Below, piece after piece: positions 1 to 7,983 of a stretch of DNA of 32,000 bases (the stretch's first letter is position 1; every line of letters starts with the position of its first letter). Both the position numbers and the translations under genes were made by a program. The notes beneath the pieces are model-generated. The model had not been told where the DNA came from. It did no database searches and saw only the letters and a list, made by a program, of their open reading frames with translations. This DNA is from Desulfobulbus propionicus DSM 2032 (lineage in GTDB: Bacteria; Desulfobacterota; Desulfobulbia; Desulfobulbales; Desulfobulbaceae), in the NCBI RefSeq assembly GCF_000186885.1, contig NC_014972.1:1050001-1082000 (forward strand), given 5' to 3'.

Positions 1-1
1 T

Positions 2-775
2 GGCCATCTGTCCTGTACCGATGGCCGGTTGATCGAGGCGGCGGCGGCGTGGTTTCTGACCCAGGGGGCTCGGGTGGGGGTCGGCGATTCCCCCTCCTTT
101 GGGAGCGCGCGCGCGGTGCTCGCGGCCATCGGCGCCTTGCCGAGGTTGCAGCGACTCAGCGTGCCGATTGTCGAATTTCGGCACAAACGGCCGATCAAGC
201 TGCCGAGCGGCCGGGAAGCACCCTTGGCCACGGCGGCCCTGGATTGCGATTTTCTGGTGAATCTGCCGAAAATCAAGGCTCATTCGCAAATGCGCCTGAC
301 CCTGGCGGTGAAGAATTATTTCGGCTGCGTGCTGGGGTTCCACAAACCCTGGTGGCACATGATCCATGGCGGTAGCCACGAACCTTTTGCCCGGCTGCTG
401 GTGGATCTGCTGACCGTTCTTCCACCCGGCTGTTCCCTGGTGGACGGGATCATGGCCATGCACGGCACCGGTCCCATCCATGGTGGCCCCTACCCCCTGG
501 GGCTGCTTGCGGCGGCAACCAATCCCGTGGCGGTCGATACCGCGCTGCTGGCCGTGCTGGGGGTTGATCCTCGGCGCTGTCCGCTGTGGTTGGCGGCCCA
601 TGGGGCAGGAATCAGGGGTACCAGGGAGGAGGAACTGTCCTTTACGCTGCTTGCCCCTGGTGCGTTTGCGGTGGACGATTTCATTGTTCCCGAGGAGTTG
701 GCCCCGGTGCGCTTCAATCCCGTGCGGTTCGTCAAGAGTTCGCTGCAACGGGCGCTGCTCCGTGTGCTTGGCTGA
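2..775 (+). CDS. DUF362 domain-containing protein, 5'-truncated by the window edge
   Basis: The frame is open from base 2. The TTG at 29 used by the ORF track is only the first start-like codon after the edge, so the gene begins upstream. The translation carries blocks I recognise from DUF362 proteins (NLPKIKAHSQMRLTLAVKNYFG; DGIMAMHGTGPIHG). TGA at 773-775. Confidence 0.7.
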   Translation, partial: GHLSCTDGRLIEAAAAWFLTQGARVGVGDSPSFGSARAVLAAIGALPRLQRLSVPIVEFRHKRPIKLPSGREAPLATAALDCDFLVNLPKIKAHSQMRLTLAVKNYFGCVLGFHKPWWHMIHGGSHEPFARLLVDLLTVLPPGCSLVDGIMAMHGTGPIHGGPYPLGLLAAATNPVAVDTALLAVLGVDPRRCPLWLAAHGAGIRGTREEELSFTLLAPGAFAVDDFIVPEELAPVRFNPVRFVKSSLQRALLRVLG

Positions 776-853
776 GGAGCAGTCGATGGAAGGTGTTTAA
801 TTGCAACGCATAATCAGCCGCCTGTGGCGGCGTCATAGACCAAGGAAGAGTAT

Positions 854-1606
854 ATGATTGATTTACAAGGAAAAGTGGCTCTGGTGACCGGCGGCTCGCG
901 CGGGATCGGCAAATCTTTGGCGCAGCGGCTGGCCGCTCGGGGTGCCGAGGTGGTGATCAACTATGTCCGCCACCGGACCAATGCCAATGAGGTGGTGGCA
1001 GAGATCGAAAAGAGTGGTGGCCGGTGCGTGGCGCTCCGGGCCAATCTGGCCGACGAGGACGATATTGCCGCCATGTTTGCGGAGATCCGCAGCCGGTATT
1101 CCCGCCTGGATATCATCGTGTCCAATGCCGCCTCCGGTGTGCTCAAGCCGGTGGCCGAGTTGCGGGGGCGCCATTGGGATTGGGCGGTCAATATCAATGC
1201 CCGCGCCCTGATGCTGATCACCCAACAGGCCTTGCCGATGATGACCGCTGGCGGCCGGATCATCGCCATCTCGTCGATCGGCGCGGTCCGCGCCGTGTCC
1301 AACTATACCGTGGTGGGCGCCTCCAAGGGGGCTTTGGAATCACTGGTCCGCCATTTGGCAGTGGAACTCGGCCCCCTGGGAATCACCGTCAATACGGTCA
1401 GCGCCGGAGTCGTGGAGACCGATGCGTTGAAGAAATTCCCCAATCGGGAAGAGATCATCGCCACGGCCATGGCCCGCACGCCGCTGGGCCGCCTGACCCT
1501 GCCCGAGGATGTGGCGAACCTGACCCTGTTTTTGTGCAGCGACATGGCCAGCATGATTCATGGCCAAACCCTGGTGGTCGATGGCGGCTACGCCATTCAT
1601 GGGTGA
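854..1606 (+). CDS. fabL: SDR-family enoyl-[acyl-carrier-protein] reductase, FabL type
   Basis: 250-aa ORF with AAGGAAG just upstream of ATG 854. It has the Rossmann motif TGGSRGIG and the SDR Y-x3-K motif (YTVVGASK). From memory it is collinear with B. subtilis FabL (NAASGVLKPVAEL..HWDW..NINA; ETDALKKFPNRE). Confidence 0.8.
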   Translation: MIDLQGKVALVTGGSRGIGKSLAQRLAARGAEVVINYVRHRTNANEVVAEIEKSGGRCVALRANLADEDDIAAMFAEIRSRYSRLDIIVSNAASGVLKPVAELRGRHWDWAVNINARALMLITQQALPMMTAGGRIIAISSIGAVRAVSNYTVVGASKGALESLVRHLAVELGPLGITVNTVSAGVVETDALKKFPNREEIIATAMARTPLGRLTLPEDVANLTLFLCSDMASMIHGQTLVVDGGYAIHG

Positions 1607-1824
1607 GTGTTTTTCAAGAGCCGCCAGCAAAACTCGAAACAGCAGATGGCTGTCAAATAGAGCAGAACGGCGGTGACCAGCGAGGGCCAGCCAACCGCCG
1701 TACTGTGACACCACTGCTGAATCGGCCGAAATAGAGCGGCGCCGAATCCGGAGGCGTGCAACATCCAGAATCCGGGAAAAGTGCATCCAACGATCAGGTA
1801 AAAGCCGCGACGGAGAAGGGCCAT
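1597..1824 (-). CDS. hypothetical small membrane protein (75 aa)
   Basis: ATG at 1824, stop at 1597-1599. Two hydrophobic stretches (FYLIVGCTFPGFWML; WPSLVTAVLLYLTAICCF). GC3-rich codons like the neighbours. No clear RBS. Overlaps the fabL 3' end convergently by 10 nt. Weak call. Confidence 0.3.
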   Translation of the reverse strand: MALLRRGFYLIVGCTFPGFWMLHASGFGAALFRPIQQWCHSTAVGWPSLVTAVLLYLTAICCFEFCWRLLKNTHP

Positions 1825-1955
1825 GGGGTGTCAGCTGGGGTTGTGGGAACGGGAGAATTATGACGATACGTCCTTGACTATAAGCCGAAGGCGTGGCCAC
1901 GCTCAATCCTTTTTACGGAAAAGACCGTCCCCAGGTCGCGTTCCGGGAATTTGCG

Positions 1956-1984
1956 TTGAATAGTTTTGCGTAAGCATGTATTTT
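1956..1984 (+). promoter_or_regulatory. candidate sigma-70 promoter for metK (TTGAAT-N17-TATTTT)
   Basis: TTGAAT at 1956-1961, a 17-nt spacer, TATTTT at 1979-1984. This would give a leader of about 135 nt before the metK ATG at 2128. Pattern match only. Confidence 0.25.
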
Positions 1985-2127
1985 TCGTCTTTTTTATTTC
2001 CATCATCCAGTTCGATTCTGCATTGATCGCCCGCACGGATCCCGCCTGATGTCGTGATGCCGCCGACACGGTCCGGGGCTGTTTGCTCGCCGGTTTATCT
2101 TTTTCAACTCCACAAGGAGAACTTGTA

Positions 2128-3291
2128 ATGTCCACACATCTTTTTACCTCGGAATCCGTTTCCGAAGGCCATCCCGACAAGGTGGCCGATCAGATTTCCG
2201 ACGCCATCCTTGACGCCATCCTCACTCAGGACAAACACGCCCGCGTGGCCTGCGAGACGCTGGTGACCACCGGCATGGCCCTGATCGCCGGCGAGATCAC
2301 CACCGCCGCCTGGGTCGACATGCCCCAGATCGTCCGCGAAACCATCCGCGAGATCGGCTACAATTCCTCGGACATGGGCTTTGATTGGCAGTCGTGCGCG
2401 GTGCTGACCTCCATTGACAAGCAATCCGCGGATATTGCCCAGGGCGTCAACGAAGGCACGGGACTCGACCTTGATCAAGGCGCCGGCGACCAGGGATTGA
2501 TGTTCGGCTATGCCTGCGATGAGACCAACGTGCTCATGCCCATGCCCATTACCTATGCCCACTATCTGACCAAACGCCAGGCCGAGGTGCGCAAATCCGG
2601 CCGCCTGCCGTGGCTGCGCCCGGATGCCAAGAGTCAGGTGACCATTCAGTATGTCGACAACATCCCCCAGCGGATCGAGGCGGTGGTGCTCTCCACCCAG
2701 CATAGCCCGGACATCAGCTATGACAATCTCAAGGAGGCGGTGATGGAGGAGATCATCAAGCCGGTATTGCCGGCCCAGATGATCGATGCCCAGACTAAAT
2801 TTTTCATCAACCCCACCGGCCGCTTTGTCATCGGTGGTCCGGTTGGCGACTGCGGAGTCACCGGCCGCAAGATTATCGTCGATTCCTACGGCGGCCGCGG
2901 ATCGCACGGCGGCGGTGCCTTTTCCGGCAAGGATCCGTCCAAGGTCGACCGGTCCTCCTCCTACATGGGCCGCTATGTGGCCAAGAACATCGTGGCCGCC
3001 GGCCTGGCCACCGAAGTCGAGGTCCAGGTGGCTTATGCCATCGGTATTTCCAAGCCGGTCTCGATCAATGTCAAGACCTTTGGTACCGGCAAAATTTCCG
3101 AGGATCGGCTGATCGAGGTGGTGGGCAAGGTGTTTGACCTGCGCCCCAAGGCCATCATTCAGCAGTTGGATCTGCTGCGGCCGATTTACCATAAAACAGC
3201 GGCCTACGGTCATTTTGGCCGAGAGTTGCCGGAATTTACCTGGGAACGGACCGACAAGGTCGATGCCCTGCGCGACGCGGCCGGGTTGTAA
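2128..3291 (+). CDS. metK: S-adenosylmethionine synthetase
   Basis: AAGGAG lies 7 nt upstream of ATG 2128; the track start at 2083 adds 15 unlikely residues. The N-terminus [25 protein letters not shown] and the [16 protein letters not shown] block are diagnostic of MetK. 387 aa. Confidence 0.97.
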   Translation: MSTHLFTSESVSEGHPDKVADQISDAILDAILTQDKHARVACETLVTTGMALIAGEITTAAWVDMPQIVRETIREIGYNSSDMGFDWQSCAVLTSIDKQSADIAQGVNEGTGLDLDQGAGDQGLMFGYACDETNVLMPMPITYAHYLTKRQAEVRKSGRLPWLRPDAKSQVTIQYVDNIPQRIEAVVLSTQHSPDISYDNLKEAVMEEIIKPVLPAQMIDAQTKFFINPTGRFVIGGPVGDCGVTGRKIIVDSYGGRGSHGGGAFSGKDPSKVDRSSSYMGRYVAKNIVAAGLATEVEVQVAYAIGISKPVSINVKTFGTGKISEDRLIEVVGKVFDLRPKAIIQQLDLLRPIYHKTAAYGHFGRELPEFTWERTDKVDALRDAAGL

Positions 3292-3338
3292 TATCGAGAA
3301 GCATTTGTGGGTCCCGATCGGGGAGCCAAGGAGTACAC

Positions 3339-4625
3339 ATGACGGATTATAAAGTAGCGGATATGAACCTGGCCGAGTGGGGCCGCAAAGAGATCGCCAT
3401 TGCCGAGACCGAAATGCCCGGCCTGATGGCCCTGCGCGAGGAATTCGGGGCCAGCAAGCCGCTGGCCGGGGCGCGCATTGCCGGTTGCCTGCACATGACC
3501 ATTCAGACGGCGGTGCTGATGGAAACGCTGGTCCATCTGGGGGCCGAGCTGCGCTGGTCCTCGTGCAACATCTTTTCCACCCAGGACCATGCGGCCGCGG
3601 CCATGGCCGCCGCCGGTATTCCCACCTTCGCCTGGAAGGGCGAGACCGAGGAAGAGTTCTGGTGGTGCATCGACCGGACCATCTTTGGCCCGGACAACTG
3701 GCGGCCCAACATGCTGCTGGATGACGGCGGCGACCTGACCCTGGTGATGCACCAGAAGTATCCGGAACTGATGCAAGCGGTGCGCGGCATCTCCGAGGAG
3801 ACCACCACCGGCGTCCACCGTCTCTACGAGATGACCAAGCAGGGCACCCTGCTGGCCCCGGCCTTCAATGTCAACGATTCGGTGACCAAGTCGAAGTTCG
3901 ACAACCTCTACGGCTGCCGCGAATCGCTGATCGACGGGGTCAAACGGGGCACCGACGTGATGATTGCCGGCAAGATCGCGGTGGTCGTCGGCTACGGCGA
4001 CGTCGGCAAGGGTTGTGCCCAGGCCCTGCGCGGCATGGGAGCCACGGTGCTGATCACCGAGATCGATCCCATCTGCGCCCTGCAGGCGGCCATGGAAGGA
4101 TACCGGGTGGTGACCATGGAGGAAGCCGCGCCCCTGGGCAACATTTTTGTCACCTGCACCGGCAACCTGCGGGTGATCACTCGCGCCCACATGGAGGCCA
4201 TGCCGGATCAGGCCATTGTCTGCAACATCGGCCATTTCGACTCGGAGATCGATATCGCCTCCATCCGCAGCCTGCCTTGGGAGAATATCAAGCCCCAGGT
4301 CGACCATGTGATCTTCCCCGACGGCAAGCGGCTGATCCTGCTGGCCGAGGGGCGGCTGGTCAATCTGGGCTGCGCCACCGGTCATCCCAGTTTCGTGATG
4401 AGCAACTCCTTCACCAACCAGGTGCTGGCCCAGATGGAACTCTGGCAGCATCCGGGTAAGTACGAGAAGAAGGTGTATTTCCTGCCCAAGCAGCTCGACG
4501 AGAAGGTGGCCCGGCTGCATTTGGCCAAGATAGGGGTCAAGTTGACTCAGTTGACCCAGGAGCAGGCCGACTACATCGGCGTGGACATCAATGGGCCGTT
4601 CAAGCCGGAGCATTACCGGTATTGA
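3339..4625 (+). CDS. ahcY: adenosylhomocysteinase (SAH hydrolase)
   Basis: AAGGAG precedes ATG 3339. The 428-aa product has [16 protein letters not shown], the NAD-binding block [13 protein letters not shown] and IGHFDSEID, typical of AhcY. Confidence 0.96.
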   Translation: MTDYKVADMNLAEWGRKEIAIAETEMPGLMALREEFGASKPLAGARIAGCLHMTIQTAVLMETLVHLGAELRWSSCNIFSTQDHAAAAMAAAGIPTFAWKGETEEEFWWCIDRTIFGPDNWRPNMLLDDGGDLTLVMHQKYPELMQAVRGISEETTTGVHRLYEMTKQGTLLAPAFNVNDSVTKSKFDNLYGCRESLIDGVKRGTDVMIAGKIAVVVGYGDVGKGCAQALRGMGATVLITEIDPICALQAAMEGYRVVTMEEAAPLGNIFVTCTGNLRVITRAHMEAMPDQAIVCNIGHFDSEIDIASIRSLPWENIKPQVDHVIFPDGKRLILLAEGRLVNLGCATGHPSFVMSNSFTNQVLAQMELWQHPGKYEKKVYFLPKQLDEKVARLHLAKIGVKLTQLTQEQADYIGVDINGPFKPEHYRY

Positions 4626-4652
4626 TCGTCCGGATTGTTCAGGAGGAAACGG

Positions 4653-4682
4653 GGCAGGGTGGATGTCACCCTGCCTTTTTTT
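4653..4682 (+). terminator. rho-independent terminator downstream of ahcY
   Basis: A perfect 9-bp stem (GGCAGGGTG at 4653-4661 pairs with CACCCTGCC at 4667-4675), a 5-nt loop, then a T7 run at 4676-4682. It begins 28 nt after the ahcY stop. Confidence 0.8.
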
Positions 4683-4697
4683 GTGGAGAGGGAACCA

Positions 4698-6029
4698 ATG
4701 GCGCGAGAGGCACGAATAACAGTGATCGGCGGCGGCCTTGCGGGGTGCGAGGCGGCTTGGCAGGCAGCGGCGCAGGGGGTGGCGGTCGAGCTGTATGAGA
4801 TGAAGCCGCATCGCTTCAGTCCGGCCCATGAACTGCCGCAGTTGGGGGAGTTGGTCTGTTCCAATTCCCTGCGTTCGAATGCCGTGGATTCCGCCGCCGG
4901 CTTGCTCAAGGAGGAGATGCGCCGGCTGGATTCGTTGGTGATGCGCGCGGCCGACAGCACCGCCGTGCCCGCTGGCACCGCCCTGGCGGTTGATCGGCGT
5001 CAGTTTGCCGCCGCGCTCACCGCCGCCATCGAAGCCCATCCGCTGATCACCGTGCATCGCCGGGAGGTGGAGTGCATTCCCGAACCCTGCGACGGTCCGG
5101 TGGTGCTGGCCGCGGGTCCGCTGCTTGCCGGTTCCCTGGCCGAGCAACTGCAAACACTGGTGGGCGGCGGGCAGCTCGCCTTTTATGACGCCATCGCCCC
5201 GATCGTCGATGCCGACAGCCTCGACCGGGAGATTGTTTACCGCAAATCGCGCTGGGATGACGAGGGGCCGGGCGACTATCTCAACTGCCCCATGAACCGG
5301 GAACAGTACGAGCAGTTCATCGGCCTGCTCGCCTCAGCGCAGACCGTGGCCCTGCACGCGTTTGAGGATCCCAAGTATTTCGAAGGCTGCCTGCCCATCG
5401 AGGTGATGTGCGCCCGAGGGGCCGATACCCTGCGCTTCGGGCCGATGAAGCCGGTCGGTCTGGCCCACCCGGTGACCGGCGAGAAACCCCATGCGGTGGT
5501 CCAGCTGCGGGCCGAGAACCGCGAAGGTACCGCCTACAATCTGGTCGGTTTTCAGACCAAACTGACCTATCCCGAGCAACAGCGGGTTTTTCGGACCATT
5601 CCCGGCCTGGAGCGGGCGGTTTTTCTCCGTCTTGGTTCCATCCATCGCAACACCTTTGTCTGTGCGCCGCGGGTGCTGGCACCCACCCTGGAGACACGGC
5701 GGGTAGCGGGGCTGTTTGTCGCCGGCCAGCTCTCCGGAGTCGAGGGGTACATCGAGTCGGCATCCATGGGGTTGCTGGCGGGCATCAACGCCGGCCGCCT
5801 GGCCCTGGGCAAAAAACCTCTGGTGCCGCCGCCGGCCACCGCCCATGGTGCCCTCATTCAACACCTGATCGCCTCCGATCCGCTCCATTTCCAACCCTCC
5901 AACGTCAACTTCGGCCTCTTTCCGCCCTTGGCTGGACGAAAAATAGCCAAGAAGGAGCGCGGTCGCCTCCGCGCCGAACTGGCCCTGGCCGAGATCGCGC
6001 AGTGGCGGCGGCAGGTGGTTGAAGGATGA
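4698..6029 (+). CDS. trmFO: methylenetetrahydrofolate--tRNA-(uracil54-C5)-methyltransferase TrmFO
   Basis: ATG 4698 gives [24 protein letters not shown] (FAD dinucleotide fold). The track start at 4635 runs through the ahcY terminator and is unlikely. Length (443 aa) and the blocks [21 protein letters not shown]-like and [11 protein letters not shown] fit TrmFO/Gid. Confidence 0.9.
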   Translation: MAREARITVIGGGLAGCEAAWQAAAQGVAVELYEMKPHRFSPAHELPQLGELVCSNSLRSNAVDSAAGLLKEEMRRLDSLVMRAADSTAVPAGTALAVDRRQFAAALTAAIEAHPLITVHRREVECIPEPCDGPVVLAAGPLLAGSLAEQLQTLVGGGQLAFYDAIAPIVDADSLDREIVYRKSRWDDEGPGDYLNCPMNREQYEQFIGLLASAQTVALHAFEDPKYFEGCLPIEVMCARGADTLRFGPMKPVGLAHPVTGEKPHAVVQLRAENREGTAYNLVGFQTKLTYPEQQRVFRTIPGLERAVFLRLGSIHRNTFVCAPRVLAPTLETRRVAGLFVAGQLSGVEGYIESASMGLLAGINAGRLALGKKPLVPPPATAHGALIQHLIASDPLHFQPSNVNFGLFPPLAGRKIAKKERGRLRAELALAEIAQWRRQVVEG

Positions 6030-6032
6030 CCG

Positions 6033-7799
6033 CTAGCTTTCCTCAATGAATCCCCAGTAGGGATAATCGAGCCGGTAGGTGGCCACCAGACCGGGACTCT
6101 GTTCCCGGCTGGCCACCAACCACAGTTCATTGGCCCGCTCTTGGGGCGAAGTGTTGTCAAAGGGATCCCATCGGGGCAGGAGAACCATGGCGTTGTCGGC
6201 GGAATAGCCAATATCCCCCGAGCCTTTGAACGAGCCGAGATGCGGCTGGCGTTCGAACTGACCGCCAGGACTACGTTCCAGTTCGGAGATCACCAGAAAG
6301 CTGACCGCCATTTCATCGCGGATAGCTTCCAGTTGCCGCAGCCAGCCGTCGATGCCGCTGCGCTGCTGGCTGATATCCTTGAAGGGCAGCTTGTGCAGGC
6401 TGTCGATCACCACCACCGTATAGTCGGAATTGGTTTCGTGACGGAGAAAATCAATATGGCGGCGCATGGTTTCGGGTGAAAGGGTGCGGTCGTTGACCAC
6501 CCGCAACCAGGTGAGCAGGCCGTGCAGGGTCTGTTGGGATTGCTGCAACCGCTGCCGTTCGTCCGGGGCCAGGTCGGTGCCCTTGATCCGGTCGATGGCC
6601 AGACGGCTGAGCCGGCAGAGGATGCGCAGATAGATCTTCTGGCGGCCGTTCTCGAAATCATAGTAGAGCACCGGGATTTTTCGCAGGGCCATGGCTGAGG
6701 CGATCTGGATGAAAAAGGCCGATTTGCCGGCCTTGGGCGAGCCACCCATGATGTTGATCCCGTGGATGCCGCCCAGGGCCCGATCCAAACGGGGAAAACC
6801 GCTGGTCAGCCTGGCGTAGGAGTCGCCTGATTCCTGGAACAGCCGTTCGTTGAAGGTTTGGTACTCACTCGACGGGGTGGAGAAGGGGGAGAAGGCGCGG
6901 GCCTGCTTGATCAGGGCAAAGACGGTCTGCTGCAAGCGGTTCTTGGCCGTAGCGCCCAGTTGGAGGAGCGAGGCATTGCGGCTCGTGCCCTCCGGCCAAC
7001 GGATGAGGCGAACCTTGAAGCCGACCCGGGTGGCAAAGGCCTTGGCCTTGGCCTCGGAATCGGCCGAGTGGTTGACCCAGAGAAAGATGGTCCGGATCCA
7101 GGCAAACCGCAGCGGCTCGATGTGATCGAGGTCGGCGGCCGTGGGCACGGCAACGCCCGGCAGCCCCAATTGCTTCAGGGGCAGGAGGTTGCTTTCCCCC
7201 TCCACCAGGAAAAGGGCACCGTTTTCGCACCGTTCGATCTCTGGAGCGTTGAACAGGCGGAACTGTTCGCCGAAAAACCGCTCGGCACCGTACCAGAAAA
7301 AATCCTCGGGCCGTTGTGGATGGACACAGCGGGCCGCATAGCAGTTGCCGTCGGCCTGGATGTACGGGTAGACCAGGTAGCGGCCATTGTACCCGATGCC
7401 GACTTCGGTGAGCACCGCGGCGGACACCCCGGCTGTCTGGAACGCATCCAGCAGATCGCCGGTGAGCTTGTCGGCGAACCCGGCCAATTCATGGTTGAGA
7501 TTCTTGACCGGATACTCCACCCCATGGCCATAGTAGTCGCGATCCGGGTCATAGCCCGGGGCCAGGTGCGGGCTGATGCCGCGCAGCCGGGCGAAATGAA
7601 GCGGGAAGCCGCCACTCACGCAACGGTTGAGGCAGCGGAAATACCCATGGAAGAAGTTTTCCTGATGGAGGACCACTGCAAGGGTGCCGGCCTCCACTCC
7701 CTGTTCGCTGCAGAAGGGGCAGGGGGCATGGAGGATGGTGCCGTTCAGCGTGGCCTTGGGCAGGTGGCGGAGGTAGAATTGAGTGACGACATCGGGCAT
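6033..7799 (-). CDS. primase-helicase-like protein (DnaG-type zinc finger + TOPRIM + DnaB/RecA-like ATPase)
   Basis: The ATG at 7799 is preceded by AAGGAG (ccAAGGAGcgccATG); the track start at 7910 adds 37 poor residues. The N-terminus has CPFC...FRCLNRCVSGG, a CHC2-like zinc finger. The mid-region LFLVEGESNLLPLKQLGLPGVAVP...FLWVNHSADSE is TOPRIM-like. The C-terminal half has Walker A GGSPKAGKSAF, Walker B YTVVVIDSLHKL and a DnaB H4-like block FLVISELERS...GSFKGSGDIGYSADNAMVL. Confidence 0.75.
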   Translation of the reverse strand: MPDVVTQFYLRHLPKATLNGTILHAPCPFCSEQGVEAGTLAVVLHQENFFHGYFRCLNRCVSGGFPLHFARLRGISPHLAPGYDPDRDYYGHGVEYPVKNLNHELAGFADKLTGDLLDAFQTAGVSAAVLTEVGIGYNGRYLVYPYIQADGNCYAARCVHPQRPEDFFWYGAERFFGEQFRLFNAPEIERCENGALFLVEGESNLLPLKQLGLPGVAVPTAADLDHIEPLRFAWIRTIFLWVNHSADSEAKAKAFATRVGFKVRLIRWPEGTSRNASLLQLGATAKNRLQQTVFALIKQARAFSPFSTPSSEYQTFNERLFQESGDSYARLTSGFPRLDRALGGIHGINIMGGSPKAGKSAFFIQIASAMALRKIPVLYYDFENGRQKIYLRILCRLSRLAIDRIKGTDLAPDERQRLQQSQQTLHGLLTWLRVVNDRTLSPETMRRHIDFLRHETNSDYTVVVIDSLHKLPFKDISQQRSGIDGWLRQLEAIRDEMAVSFLVISELERSPGGQFERQPHLGSFKGSGDIGYSADNAMVLLPRWDPFDNTSPQERANELWLVASREQSPGLVATYRLDYPYWGFIEES

Positions 7800-7876
7800 G
7801 GCGCTCCTTGGGAAGGTGGTGGGGCAAAGGCATGGACAGGAGGGAAGCGAATACGGCGTCTTCCTGTTGGCTGTGC

Positions 7877-7901
7877 AAAAAACGAGGCCTTGGGCCAGGC
7901 C
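7877..7901 (-). terminator. weak candidate terminator after the giant HEAT/PilZ gene
   Basis: On the minus strand, GGCCU-N6-AGGCC forms a 5-bp stem, followed by CG and U6. The stem is short, so this is at best a leaky terminator. Confidence 0.25.
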
Positions 7902-7983
7902 GCAGTCCATGGGGCCGGTTGCCTGCCCCGCGGCGGTCGGGAGGCGACTCGACCATCGGGGGCAGTAACGCGGGTTTCCAGGG

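Noticed and set aside
3210-5153. 647-aa minus-strand ORF spanning ahcY, the intergenic terminator and part of trmFO
   Set aside because: Its codon boundaries coincide exactly with those of ahcY and trmFO (all start coordinates are 0 mod 3). An antisense stop would therefore require the sense codons TTA, CTA or TCA, which this GC-rich genome avoids. The translation is a low-complexity, G/R/A/H-rich shadow with no motif, while the plus-strand genes are unmistakable.
6033-7799. Prophage, ICE or plasmid-remnant interpretation of the primase-helicase-like gene
   Set aside because: There is no integrase, recombinase, transposase, excisionase, terminal direct or inverted repeat, or compositional shift within about 6 kb on the upstream side or about 10 kb on the downstream side. 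I found no second copy of the tRNA-Gly 3' end in the window that could mark an att site. A degraded element cannot be excluded without a wider view.
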